Assembly: GCA_028534125.1 (NCBI GenBank)
Contig: CM052817.1
Span: forward strand, 37,574,001-37,638,000
Reading direction: 5' to 3'
Length of the DNA: 64,000 bases
DNA from: Lama glama
Lineage: Eukaryota
Shown: positions 12,743-25,300 of the stretch, in pieces
Layout of the letters: each line of letters begins with the position of its first letter
How positions within the stretch are numbered: position 1 is the stretch's first letter
The notes under the pieces: generated by a model
Seen by the model: the letters and a program-made list of their open reading frames with translations, nothing else
Database searches by the model: none
What the model was told of the DNA's origin: nothing
Position numbers and translations under genes: made by a program

Positions 12743-15700
12743 GTCTAACATATTCACAGTAGGCACTTGATTCTTTCTGGCTAAGATGCTGAATCCGTCT
12801 ATAATATTGGCTCTCCAGAGATACAAAATATATTTGCATCTTTGTAGTATAATCATTAATCATTAAAACACTGATCATCCACTGTGGATTGGGTGCCCCT
12901 GAGTTAATACAACTGTCACCCAGATTTGGGTTATGTGGCAATCACCATGTTAACACTTAAAATATATGTGATATTTGGCCAATATCACAAAAAATTCTTG
13001 TTTGTTCTGTGGAACTAAGTGAAATAGAAACTAATTATTAAAATTATTTATTTTAGTTCATGGAGCAATCCCAATAACAACTCAGTCTTTTTTTGGCGGG
13101 GTGGGGGGAGGTGGGGCTATTCAAAAGGAAATAGGGTGAAGAAATAAAAACTGAGTAGTTCATCTTTACCAGTTTGGGATCTTAGAAAAGAGAGAAGTTT
13201 TGAAAAAAATTTCTCTCTCTCCGTAACAATGTCACTAGGAGTACCCTACATGATGAACTATAACATTTATGAATCCATCCTCTTGCTTTTCTGAAATGTA
13301 TAAAAACTTATGCACTTTCAAATCCAATGGAATGAATCTGAACGGAAATGAAGCCTTAAGGTGCCTCAATAATGAGAACAGGATCACATACTTGAGGGTT
13401 TACATATTCTAGTTGCACAATAGAGAGTTTAAGCTGTATCCCCAGAGCAGTCACAGAACAGCCAAACTAGGCTGGACCAGGGGCCAGAGCACTGAAAGGA
13501 AGGAAACAACACTTAATTTAGACAGAAAGTAGATTGACTTTAAACCCCTTACATAAGTAATATTTAACCATAGTCACTTTTTTAGAATTTAGTTATATCT
13601 TTTCTTCATACTCTCCCTTCTAGTATCACACAGAACGCAGAGGAGTTTGGACCATTGGAAGCAAAATGCTATTCACGGTCCCCACCCAGGGTGTGGAGTG
13701 CTGTTCATACTATACTCACAGTACCGGTTCCAAGTCAGTCTCTCATCATTAGGAGTGTGCTGCCAACCCACAGAGCAAGGAATAGGGAGTGTGTGGTGAT
13801 CACACCACAGACAACACGGCGACAGATACTCTTATTAGAAAACAGACAACTTCTCAGATCTTGAGATGGAGTAGAGAGAGGTGGAAAAGAAAATCCTGGA
13901 AACAAGGGAAAAAGGAAAGGAGTAGAATAGGACAGTCCCATGCTGAAGTAGAAAGAGTAAAATGAAAAGAATAAAGCCAAAAAAAAAAAAAAAAAGGGAA
14001 TGATATCAAATTTTGGAATTAGTTTCCAAGAAAGAAATCTGTTATGCTTCTTTCTGCCCCTTCTCTACTTTATGAATGTAGAGAACTATTTGAAAGGTAA
14101 AGTACTAACTTAATAATCACAGTAGTAATTTTATATTTCTATTTCAATCACAGTTTCTTCTTTAGCTTCTTTTTTGTTTCTAACTTTATTTTTTTCCCAA
14201 AGAAATTAGAACACTCAATAAAACCACTGCTTCTTGACAGTTTACTCCCTTACCTCATGGGGCACATAACCATCTTACAGACCCCACCATAGTAAAGCCC
14301 CACCAAAACACTATCTAAAACAAAACCAAACAAGACCCCAGTGTCTGCCACAACCGAGCATGTAACACAATGGAACCACATCTTAACTGCTATCCAGTGT
14401 GGTTTACTGAAGAAAGAACCAAAAATGCCTCATTTCGAGCCTTTCTTTTATAATGATTCACTGTATTAAAATTATACAATTTTATTAGGAAGAGATGTAA
14501 GGAATTTGTTTAGGTGGTTAGCTGAATGTTCATCTTCCCAGGCAGTAAGATGTTTTCCCAATAATGTATCTGAAATGTGTCTGCTTGCTGCTTGAAATCG
14601 GAATGGCAGAGTGGAAAAAATCTTATTCTGGAGCTCCAGAGACCTGGATTCTATATTCACCTCTGTTATGAATTATGAATTATGTCTCTGCTTTGGCAAA
14701 CTAATCTACTCTGGGTCTCTGAAAATGAGATGTTTGGTTTAAATATCTAAATTCCTTCCACTACCAAACTCCATGATTTTAAGGTCTGGACACCCCTGTG
14801 CTAGCTGGCTGGTTGATGTTGTCAGCTGAGGAGATGCAAGGGAGGTGATTTAGGTAAAAGCTCCTTTCAAGGGGATGGGGCCCAGGCTAAGGAAAGGGCT
14901 ATACATTTGAGGTTCAAGGAGACAACAGTCTCTCCTGTTAGTGCACGGAATCTCCTCCTGTGCCCAGAAGAACAAACTGAAATTTATCAATTTCTTTTCT
15001 TCTGATTGTTATAGTAACACAGTGAACACTGGAACACAACTTTTTTAAAAATTAGGAAGTAACATGTAGTGGGAAATCTTTAGACTGGAATGCTGAAATT
15101 TGTGACACAAATCCACAGTCTCCCATAATGATGGAAACTTTATCATTAACTAGTTATGTGATCCAAGCACATGTACTCTAAGACCTCTTCTAATTCTAAA
15201 ATTACTCATACCCAGTAGCAACTTCCAATTATAAAGACCACAAAAACTGTACAGAGTATTATGAAAATATTTTCAAGTACTTTAAAACAAGAATATTTAA
15301 AAAGAAAGATGTACAAGAAAATGTGTACGTTAGTCATGTAAACTGTTCTGCTTGATTTGTCACACATAAAAGGGACCTATGGAGCCTACTTTTCCTAAGA
15401 ATTAAATGAGATAAATGGGATTTACATTATTTTTAATTCTTTTTTCTTCTTTGTATACTAGCTAAAATCTTCATATTAGCAATCTGCGCTTTATTTGCAG
15501 AGTTAACGTAAATTATCTTTCCTTTAGAAAAAGACAGTACAGCATAAAACCAGCAAGTCACTCAACCAAATAACAAGAATTATTGCTTTTGAATTCTAAA
15601 CCTCAAACTTCCTTTCGAACAATGCTTTTAGTCTAAAGCAAACATAATTTACAACTACTTGCAGGTCACTATATAATAATGGAATTTATTTAAGGTGGTG

Positions 15701-16447
15701 TAAGTATTTCCATTATAAACTAATATTTCCAAGGTGTTTTGTTTTATTTAACTTGGTTATAAAATATACCCTGGGGGAAAAATGGGTAGGTTCTTTGTGG
15801 TAGTAAATGCTTTTAAAAACTCTTCCATACTAATGAAAGATTTCAGGATAGAAATTATCCTATATTACACAATTCAAAGCATATTTTATTTTATTTTAAA
15901 AAGATCTTTTCCTTTTCTTGTATCTTATAAAAAATCTAAAATTTCTAAAACTGGAAATTTGATTTTTAATAACAAGTTATCATTTTCAACAAATAAAAGT
16001 CTACGAAGATTATGTATCATCTTTGCGGATATATTTGCATATATGGAAACAAGTTGGTCTATTTGAGTTTCCTTAATACACTTACACACATGTGTGCACG
16101 TCTCCTGAGAAGATAAAAGACTTCTATGCAAACCTGGACATAATTTGGCTTAATCCTAATTTCACAGGAAATCCCCCAAATCACCTATTCAAACAAAGCA
16201 TGTTAAACAGACTATTTATTGTAGCATAATTTAACAAATTAAAAATATTTTCACTGAAGTTTTGATTTTTTACTATTTAACTCTCAAACCAAGGTTCAAG
16301 TGTATTAAAAATACTTTCCTTGGACTTCACTAATCCACACTACTATTAATTTACTAAACAGTAGGTCAAATAATCTTTTGTAACATACACAAGAACATCA
16401 GAAATTATGATTTTCATATTCACATGTTCAGAAAATATATCACTCAG

Positions 16448-16608
16448 GGGAGGGTGTAGCTCAGTGGTAGAGGGCGTGATTAGCATGCACAAGGTCCTGG
16501 GTTGAATCCCTAGTACGTCTACTAAAAAATAAAATAAAATAAAATAAAATAATTAATTAATTAAAAAATACATAAAGAAACCTAATTACCCACTCCCCCA
16601 AAAAAGAA
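16448..16608 (+). mobile_element. tRNA-Ala-derived SINE (camelid vic-1-like)
   Basis: Head gggagggtgtagctcagtggtagag contains an A box. It is followed by ttagcatg (Ala-AGC loop), the B-box-like ggttgaatccc, an (AAAAT)n tract and the tail aaacctaattacc. A 9-bp TSD atcactcag lies at 16439-16447 and 16609-16617. Confidence 0.88.
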
Positions 16609-18317
16609 ATCACTCAGCCTTTTAAATGTTAGAAACACTGTGCATCCTCACGATTTATATTCTGAGACAATCATGGTTTTATATATTTGAATCATTGAGG
16701 GAATTTTTTTCCCACAATTAGTAGCATTTCTTTACATAAGTGTCTCCAAAAAGGTATGCTCATAAGACTATCCAGCTAAATTATATTCATATGCTAGCTA
16801 CCGCACAACTCTAGTCATGAAATACAAACTCTGAGAGACTTTATTTTAAGCTACAAAGTGACTACTTTTTGCTGTCATAACAGTTGAAATCATGCATAAA
16901 ACAAATTTCTAAGTTTTTACTTTCTGTCTTTGAAAGTTTTCAGATCTAGATTATACTTGACTATCTCATAATGATGGCTCATGTTTTTAAAAATGCAAGT
17001 CATACAAACCCATAATACCAATTAAGTATTCAATAATTTCCTCCGTAATTTCAAATTCCTTACTGATTTGCAATTCCAGAATTGGAAAAAAAATGCAAAC
17101 CTTTATTTCTGAGAAGTAAAGTACAATGTGGAGTGTATTTTCAGCTCCAGAACTATGCTTAAAACTGAAGTACCAGAACACACATTTAGCAGAGCACTTT
17201 AAAAGCAATCCATGAATCAAAAATATTCAATTGGGACAGTGACCTTAAAAATGAGTATGACCCTATATTACTACTCTCACTGAACTAGAAGCACCTTACA
17301 GCTTCTTTTAATCAGCTATGTCCCAGGGGTAGAGCAGTCAAGGGGCAGTTATAAAACTTTTATCTTCAAAAATGTAGAGGATTAGGTTGAAAACTCTCTT
17401 ATTTTGCTTTCTCTTCCATCTAAAGAGACTAAAAATAGCCTCTATCCAATGTCTAGAACGTAATTTTATTCTATTCAATATACTATGCTTTGTGTGTGAA
17501 TCAGATATTTTTTGAAACAGCTTTCCCTTGCAAATAAGTTTATCATTTAGAAAGTTATTTTATGTCCTCATACTAAATATATAATAATTTGACTTATTAA
17601 TTACTTTACATTCATTACACAATTAATTTATTTTTTGTTAAGCCCATTTTACACACAGGGTAACTTCAGGACTTGGAATGATTAAGTCTAACTGCTGAAG
17701 TAAGGATCACATAATTCAAACCTAGGCTGACTCTTAATCTATAAAACTAAATACTATTATTCTAAAAATATAGATTTACAACTTCATTCCACACCAAAGA
17801 AATGATAATTTCCAGGAGTCTTGTCCCAAAACTTGTTTTTTGAAGCTGGAGGTTTGGGAACCAGCGCTTTATCACCACGCTACTATGCCTCCCTGGGATT
17901 GCTGATTTTAATGAACTCCATCTCATTTCCATGAACCAGTCCTTTACGGAAGCCTCCCGCAAGACAGTGCACGACAGACGGTACTGTGTAGCATTAAAAA
18001 GAAGTAGAAAACATGGCTCCTGCCCTTGAGAAGCTCACAATCTAAAAACGTACTACCCAAAATATTGAGAGACTGTTAGATGATGGGGCGGGGTGTGTTT
18101 AGCAGGGATGGCTTTGTGGAAGCAGTGTACTTTGAATTAGGGTTTTTGTGGAGGGAAGAACAGAAATTGACAGAGAAGTAAGAGACTAACCTGGGTACCA
18201 GAGGTTTGGCAGTGGAAATAAGACTTGTGGAATGGTTTAACAACCCTTCTTTATTTCAAAACATAATTTTAAATATTTCAATTCAATTCTCTCTCAAACA
18301 CACACAAAATTACTAAC

Positions 18318-18884
18318 CTTCCACATTCATGGCTTCTCTCAGAACCTGAAGTTTCTTTTGTCTTTCTCGGATTCGGTCCAAAGCACTTGATATTGCTGAG
18401 GAGGTGGGCAATTCTCGTGTGTGAAACACTGGATCCATTTTCTGAGGGCCAAAGATATCCAAGGCTATGCTTCCATCTGAGTATCTTGCCTCCTTTTTTC
18501 GAGGAGTAGTTGAAGTCCGCACTGTTACCTCCTCAAGGAGAGATTGCTGGTATCTGTCAGTCTCCCCAGAAGAGAAGTCTCTGTCAGCTGTGCAGAGCAA
18601 GTCCATGGATGAAGCCCAGATCTTCTTCTTGGGAAGCACATCAATGCTGCGGATAGCTTTTTTTTCTGGCCCACTAGTTTGGAACTGGTAAGGGGAGCAG
18701 GAATTTTCAGAATCTTCATGTCCAGAATTATTATCTGATGAAATGTCCTTGAAATAATCTTCCTCATCTTGTGTGTCTCTGATGGACAGAAATCCCATAG
18801 ATTTACTAAGCCCTTTGTTAAGAAAGGTCTGATGAGAGAATGGAGACTTGTATGTGTCTAGTACATCAGAAGTAGAGCTTCTTC
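18318..18884 (-). CDS. PTPN13: PTPN13 exon 7 (large linker exon)
   Basis: cattccag|GAAGAAGC...GTGGAAG|gttagt, 567 nt. It contains the ORF-track peptide MGFLSIRDTQDEEDYF...KKKIWASSMDLLC...RYSDGSIALDIFGPQKMDP...LQVLREAMNVE. Confidence 0.97.
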
Positions 18885-20569
18885 CTGGAATGATAAGAAT
18901 CTATCATGTATGTACAGAAAAATAACTGGAATGTAACCTTACTATTGACAATGAAAGTGGTGGCAATTTCCTAATTCTCCAATGGAGAATCAGAGCTGAA
19001 ATGTGGTGGTGATGGTGATGGTGATGACAGAACAAGTGGAAAGAGATGCTATGTTTGTATAACTTTTCAGAGTCCAATGTTTCTTATTTAGTGATATCAA
19101 TAACAGATTGAATTTACTTTTTAAAGTAGCATTATTTTGCATTTGAAGGTGAATTATTTGGTTTTAAAAAACAGATAAGAGTTTCCGATACTCTCCAGTT
19201 TGGTAGAATATTAATTATTCATGAAATTACTTGGGGGTAATAATAAAACATATAGTCTACTCCTTTATCTAAAGACATAATTCAAATATGTATTACTTTA
19301 ATATGAAGCCCTGGCATCTTCTGGTCATTGAAATAAATGTTTAAAGAAGAAACAACATTTTTTTTTTTTTGCTATATTCTGGATGGGAAAAAAAGATAAT
19401 AGTATTTGGAATTCTTAAGTATCAAAGTTTTATTATGATTAGAAACGTTTTCAGAAAATTTGATTGTGTTTGAAATCCAGACAATCTGATTGTGCTTAAA
19501 TTATAGAAGAAACTTAATTTTTCCATGACAGACCATTATGTACTGAAATAGTTTTTCCTCTCGAACATAATGAATCAATGTTTTTCAACTGGAATAAAGT
19601 ACCAATTCTTATTTATGCTTTAGTCCTTGATATAGTTAAAACCAGTATAAGCCATTTTAATTTTTTTAAGGCAGCAGTCAGTAAATGCATTGAGACACAG
19701 CAAAAATGCCCAACCAGAAATTAATTTTTGAATCCACAGATTCAACAACAACAAAATCACACATATATATGGCTCTACTATTAAAAAAAGAGAAATGTAG
19801 AAAAGTATGTTATAGTAACTAACCCAAAAGACCATACACAATAAAGATTTCCTGGGTGACCATCTGTGATCCCTCTTTGACAACCTATTTGCTATGGATA
19901 CAATAAAAAGTGATGACTAAAACCTTTCTAGTAATAAAAAACTATTTATTAATTCATTTGAAAAGTTAATTGTCTCCTCAGAGCAAGAAATATAAGCTTT
20001 AAGTCCCCAACTATAAATTTTATCTTAAAAATAATAGAAAAATGAATTAATTTCAGAATGGCAACAGATAATTGCTTGAGAATTGGATTCAAATATTTTG
20101 CTTTTCTTGTAACCCATCGTCCCCTGAAAATGGATCCACTTAAGTGTAAACAGGGGTAACATGGATACTTGAGGCACATCATCTATAGAGCATGGAAAAA
20201 TAAGGCACATCACATCTAGACAGACTGTCACCAACCTCAGCCTCTAATATAATCTAAAATTGATAAATATATGTCTATGTTGCAGTATTTAGTGGTGAGT
20301 TACATTCTTAAGCCACACATTGAAAGTCATTAATTTAAAATTATATTACAAAATAGAGAACAAAGATATTCTTGAAAACAGAATACAGCAGATAAAAAAT
20401 AAGAACTGAAAGAATTTAAGGATCATACAACTATAGATGAACTCAACAATCTGCGTTCTTTTACCATCTACCAACAAGTAGTCAAAACTCAGAGAAAATC
20501 AAACACGTGGGTATTCTGACAACACCATAAATTCATGGACAACTATTTTGACACTAAACTTTATGTGTT

Positions 20570-22330
20570 AATAGTAAGTTCACTCATTTTCCACAACAAC
20601 TGCTTTGTTTTTCCTCATTCTTCAAATTTCCCACCTTAACTCTCTCCTCTCTGTCTTTTGATCTTGTCTCATATTCCACGAAGCAAACAGAAGCTGTCAG
20701 AAGACAGCTTTCTCATTTTTCCAGGACTAATTCTACACATCTACCTGTGTCTGCAATCTTTTCCCTACTGTCTCAAAGGATGACATTTCCTACCAGTCGA
20801 AGGCCAATTCCCAATATGAGTTCAATTCCTCCTTCCTTTTACTTTTCCCCCAAAGATTTTATATATTAACCAAAGATTATATAAAATTAATATTTATATA
20901 TTCATATATGAAATATATTTTATTAATACATAATTTACATATTAAGATTGATATATTATTTAACATATTATTAAATTACACATTAATTTTTATATAATAT
21001 ATATTTTCCAAAGAATATATATATTAACCAAAGATAATTTCTCCTTTCTCTGTTGCATTATCCCCCATTTCTATGGAGTCATTCCCATTGGTATACAAAA
21101 TGCTCTAATATCTCCATAACCAAACCGAACCAAACAGAACCTCTCTCCTATTGTCACATTTCCCTCTAGCTACTATGTCCCCCAATTTCTCACTTCACAT
21201 TCATTATTCTCCCCACTGTAGACAACTTCCAACTCCTCTACACCTTGGCAACTCTCATCACACATCACTAATGACATCCATATTACTAAATCCAATGGAT
21301 GGTTTTGAATCCCTACCTTATTTACCTCTCAGCAACAACAACTAAAAGTGATGACAGTCCCTTAATGAGTCACCTTCCTGTCTCTACAAGCCTAGTTTCC
21401 TCCTACTGCTCAGACTGCTCATTCTAAGTCTTTGCTTTTTCCTCTCCCTCTACTGGTTATCCAAATTGTTGGATTTCCTTGGGTATGAGTTTTAGGACCC
21501 TATTTTCCACTCTTTCCTTATATAATTTCATCTATTAACAAGGCTTTTAAGTATTATCTATGTACTGAAACTCCCAGATTTTTATTCTTGGCACTGACCT
21601 CTTCTGGAAGCTCCAATCTGAAATAATTGGAACTTCTACTAGTATATCTCAGAAGTACCTCAAACTGAACATGATTAAAACTAATCTTTTGCTTTCCACA
21701 TCCAGAGATGTGCATTTTACCCCTTTCTTTCCAACTTCAATAAGTGGCACTGTTACCCAGCTGAGTGCTCAAAACAGAAATATGGGTACCATACTGAAAT
21801 CCTTCATCTTCTTTATTTCCCATATCAAATCCATCAGAAGGTGCTGGCAGGCTAAATTCTCAAAGTTATGTTATTCCATGTGATTATTTCCAATTCCACT
21901 GCCATCCCCCTATTCCCAGTTAACTTTATCACCTGAGTAGATAGATAACTGCAGTGGTCTCCCTGTTTCTTCTTTCTTCATTCAGCTACTCTCTACTCAG
22001 CATCCAGAACTATCTTTTCAAAATACAGATTCCATGATGTCACTCCCCTGCTTAATAAGTCCCAAAGGCATACTACTGTACTCCAAATAAAATCTAGACT
22101 CCTTTTGGATGTGCCAGTTGAATCCTTTTTAGTCACATCTCCATTTCCCTTATTCCATCCAGGCCACGGGTTTTTCTCTGTTAGGATCTCTTTATATGTT
22201 AGGGCCTCGTACATACTATTTTCTCTGCCCTGAATGGTCTATTTTAGACCTTTCTTGCGGTTAGTTGTTTCTTATCCTATAGTTTTATTTTAAATGACTT
22301 CTTCAGTGAAGCCTATCTTGACCACTATTG
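20570..22330 (+). mobile_element. L2 relic, interrupted by an AT-rich insert at about 20878-21003
   Basis: L2 motifs: ctaaatccaatgg, cctcaaactgaacatg, catatcaaatccatcag, gatgtcactcccctgcttaa, aaaatctagactcct. Boundaries approximate. Confidence 0.7.
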
Positions 22331-25300
22331 AAACAGACCACTTTCCAAATGTATCATGAGTCTATTCCATTTGGAACAAGTAAATTATCATTCTCTTCTA
22401 GGTCATTAGTATTTGCTAGCAATATATTAATAGGTCATGGTATCCTAAAAGAGCCATGTCTTCTCATTAGCCATATGAAGCTTAAAATTAATAAGATGGC
22501 TCTTGGATAACCACTGCTTTATAAATGCTAGGTTTTTTATTGTCTTTATGCAAATTAGTAGACATGAAAATATTTCATTTCATATTTATTAAAAGTTCAG
22601 AAATTTATTTAAAATTCAGGAGGGCAGTGCAAAATTATAATAAAAACAATTCCTTTATAAGTTTTCACTAACTTCCTACAAAATATGCCAAATTTAACCA
22701 TGGCTTAATCTGCTTTATATGTTTGAAAATCACATTATAATAGCTAACTTAAAAATCTCATGACTATTACTTAACAGAAGATGATTTTGAGCCACAGTTA
22801 AGGTCTCTTCTAGTCGTCAAAAGGACAAAGAATGAATGGTGGAACAGGAAGAATGAGAAGGTAAGATGGTGGGGAGGGGAGCAAGGAGGCAGTGATACTC
22901 TTCAGGAAAACGGGCAAAAAGTTGTAGAGGTGGGAGACAAGGTTCAAGGTGATATGTGTACACTTGTTACAAATAATCTAAAGCAAAATTGTAAGAGCTT
23001 TGAGCCATGAAAGCATTAAAGGGAGGAACTGAGTGTGGGTGACCTTCTGAAGGAAGAGAAAGCAAGCAGTAGAAAAGAGATGTCTGGACCTAAGAGGTTT
23101 CTCCAGGGGATCTTCTAGCCTAGGTTTACTTTTTGGAGGAAAAAGGAGGCACATCTTTAGGTAGGGACCTAGAGACGTGGATTTCAGCAGGTTACAAACA
23201 TTACTATTCTTAAATCACATATTCCCAACCAGCAGGAGTCTCAATGCGTTTTCTCATGTCAACGATGCTCACTGTCTTCAACTACACAACTAGACATGTA
23301 ATTGCCCAAGTAACACGTCACAGGTGGATAAAATATATGTGGCATCATACATAGCAATATAATATTATGGTTGTTTTATGTTGCAAAAGCACTAGGGAAA
23401 AAATTTCACTAATCTGGGAACTCAAAATGACAGTTCAAGAGTAGAATTTGGCCATATAAATGAGGAGAAATACAGAATTCTAGGCCCATTTATTAGATAC
23501 TTAAGTCTACTAGATCAGTGAAGACATACCGTTAACACCAGTGCCACCAGCCTAATAACTGTATTTGAGATTAGATCAACTGCTTTCCAGATCTTTCTAG
23601 ACATATGCCCAGACTATTATAATTATTTTATTAAGCAAGCAATAAACAGCACTAAAATCAATTAAGTACACCTAATAGCTATGCTCACTACTCATTTTGA
23701 TCACAGGAAAATAAACTAGTAATACTTTTGAAAACAGTGCCATTGGAGCTACTCTTAAAAGATTTTAGGTGGAGGCTTCTGCGATACTGTCCCATTCTGG
23801 CGGAGTTAATAGCGCCTTCACCTAACCTCACAGAGCATGCCGGACCTCTAAGAAGACATTTCTCTCATTATATTAAAATGACCCATTATATGATATATCT
23901 GTCACCACTCCAACTCATTTCCTCACCCTGACCCCCGACTGAAAGAATAACATAAGGGACCATGTTGTACTGGTTTTTGTATTTCCAGTTCCTGATAAAA
24001 GAGATTCCAAAAGGATGTTTGTAGAATGGGTTGGTTATGTAACTTTTGAAACCTTTTAAAGCCAATTTAGGTAGCATAATCTACCTGAAAGCTTATTATC
24101 AAAAGATGGGATTTTAATTCTAGCTTTATCATTCAATCTATGAGCTTGGGCAAGCCACTTCATTTCTGTTTCTCACTTCCTTGGCCTACAAAAATGTGGG
24201 TATAATCTGTTATGTCTTCTTCTTAGAGATGACAGGATAAATGAATTAACCTGTATGAACTATTATGAGCTCTTCTGAACAAGAGCAACATAAAAATCTA
24301 AATTTTGCTTCCTTTTTGTTTCTACTTTATTTTCTGCAGCATATAATTATCAACTGAGGGATAATTTAAGTTCTTTTGAGAGAAAATCATAAAACCAGAA
24401 ATCAAAAGATCTACCACAACAAAAGTTTTAGATTCTATAATAAAAAAATCAAATTATTCAAAACAGAGTAAGTGGTTTCATCTCTTGAGGATGCTCTGAG
24501 TTCAGAGAGTTTATGGACAACATTAGATTACATACAATACTAGTATTCAAATTTAAAATGAAACCATAAACACTTTCAGAGAGTACATGGCTTGCTAAAA
24601 GGTAAATGCGGAACAATAAATAAACTTTGAAGAGCTATGAATAAAAGATTTTAAGAATATAAGGTGTCTTCATAATAGAACACATTCCATTTATTAGGTA
24701 AAGTTGAAAAAAAATTTCCTTGTAAAGTACATTGTGTTTTAACTATTTTTGTTGTTTATGATTAACATTAACATTAATGGGATATCTTCATCTTTCCTCT
24801 CACACACAGACTCAAAAAATTCATAGCATCTCTTAGAAGCTAACTTCAAAATGACATTTCAGTATTAAAAGGGGCTCCCCGATTCCCCATCTGTCCTCCC
24901 AAATGTGTTCAAGTACATAAAAAAAGAAACAGGATATTATCAATTCACCCAAGTTTTGAAGCACTATCATCCTGATCTGATCAAGGTGTAAATTTCCACC
25001 TTAAGCTTGGCAGGAAATGTCTGATTTCTTTCTGCTTAGTGAAGCCATTTTATCAGCATAGGCAGTATTAAATAACAAAGTGGGGGCACACAGCCCACTA
25101 GCTTAGGCCTTAGCCTCTGTAACAGATCTCAAAGATAAGACATAAGGAGAGACCTTTTGAGGTCATTTACTCATAGATGAAAAATTTTAGTGTTAAGTTT
25201 TAGATGAACAATCAAATGACTTACATACAAGGCATTACCCCTAAAACTGCTTACTTCTTTTAATCTGATTCTGTATCTCACGCCCATTTTGACATTTTAT

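Noticed and set aside
16448..16520. Possible tRNA-Ala gene
   Set aside because: The B box and stems are degenerate, there is no T-run terminator, and an A-rich tail and TSDs follow. It is a SINE.
18467..18767. Overlapping antisense and alternative-frame ORFs over exon 7
   Set aside because: Short shadow ORFs of a real coding exon, with no independent support.
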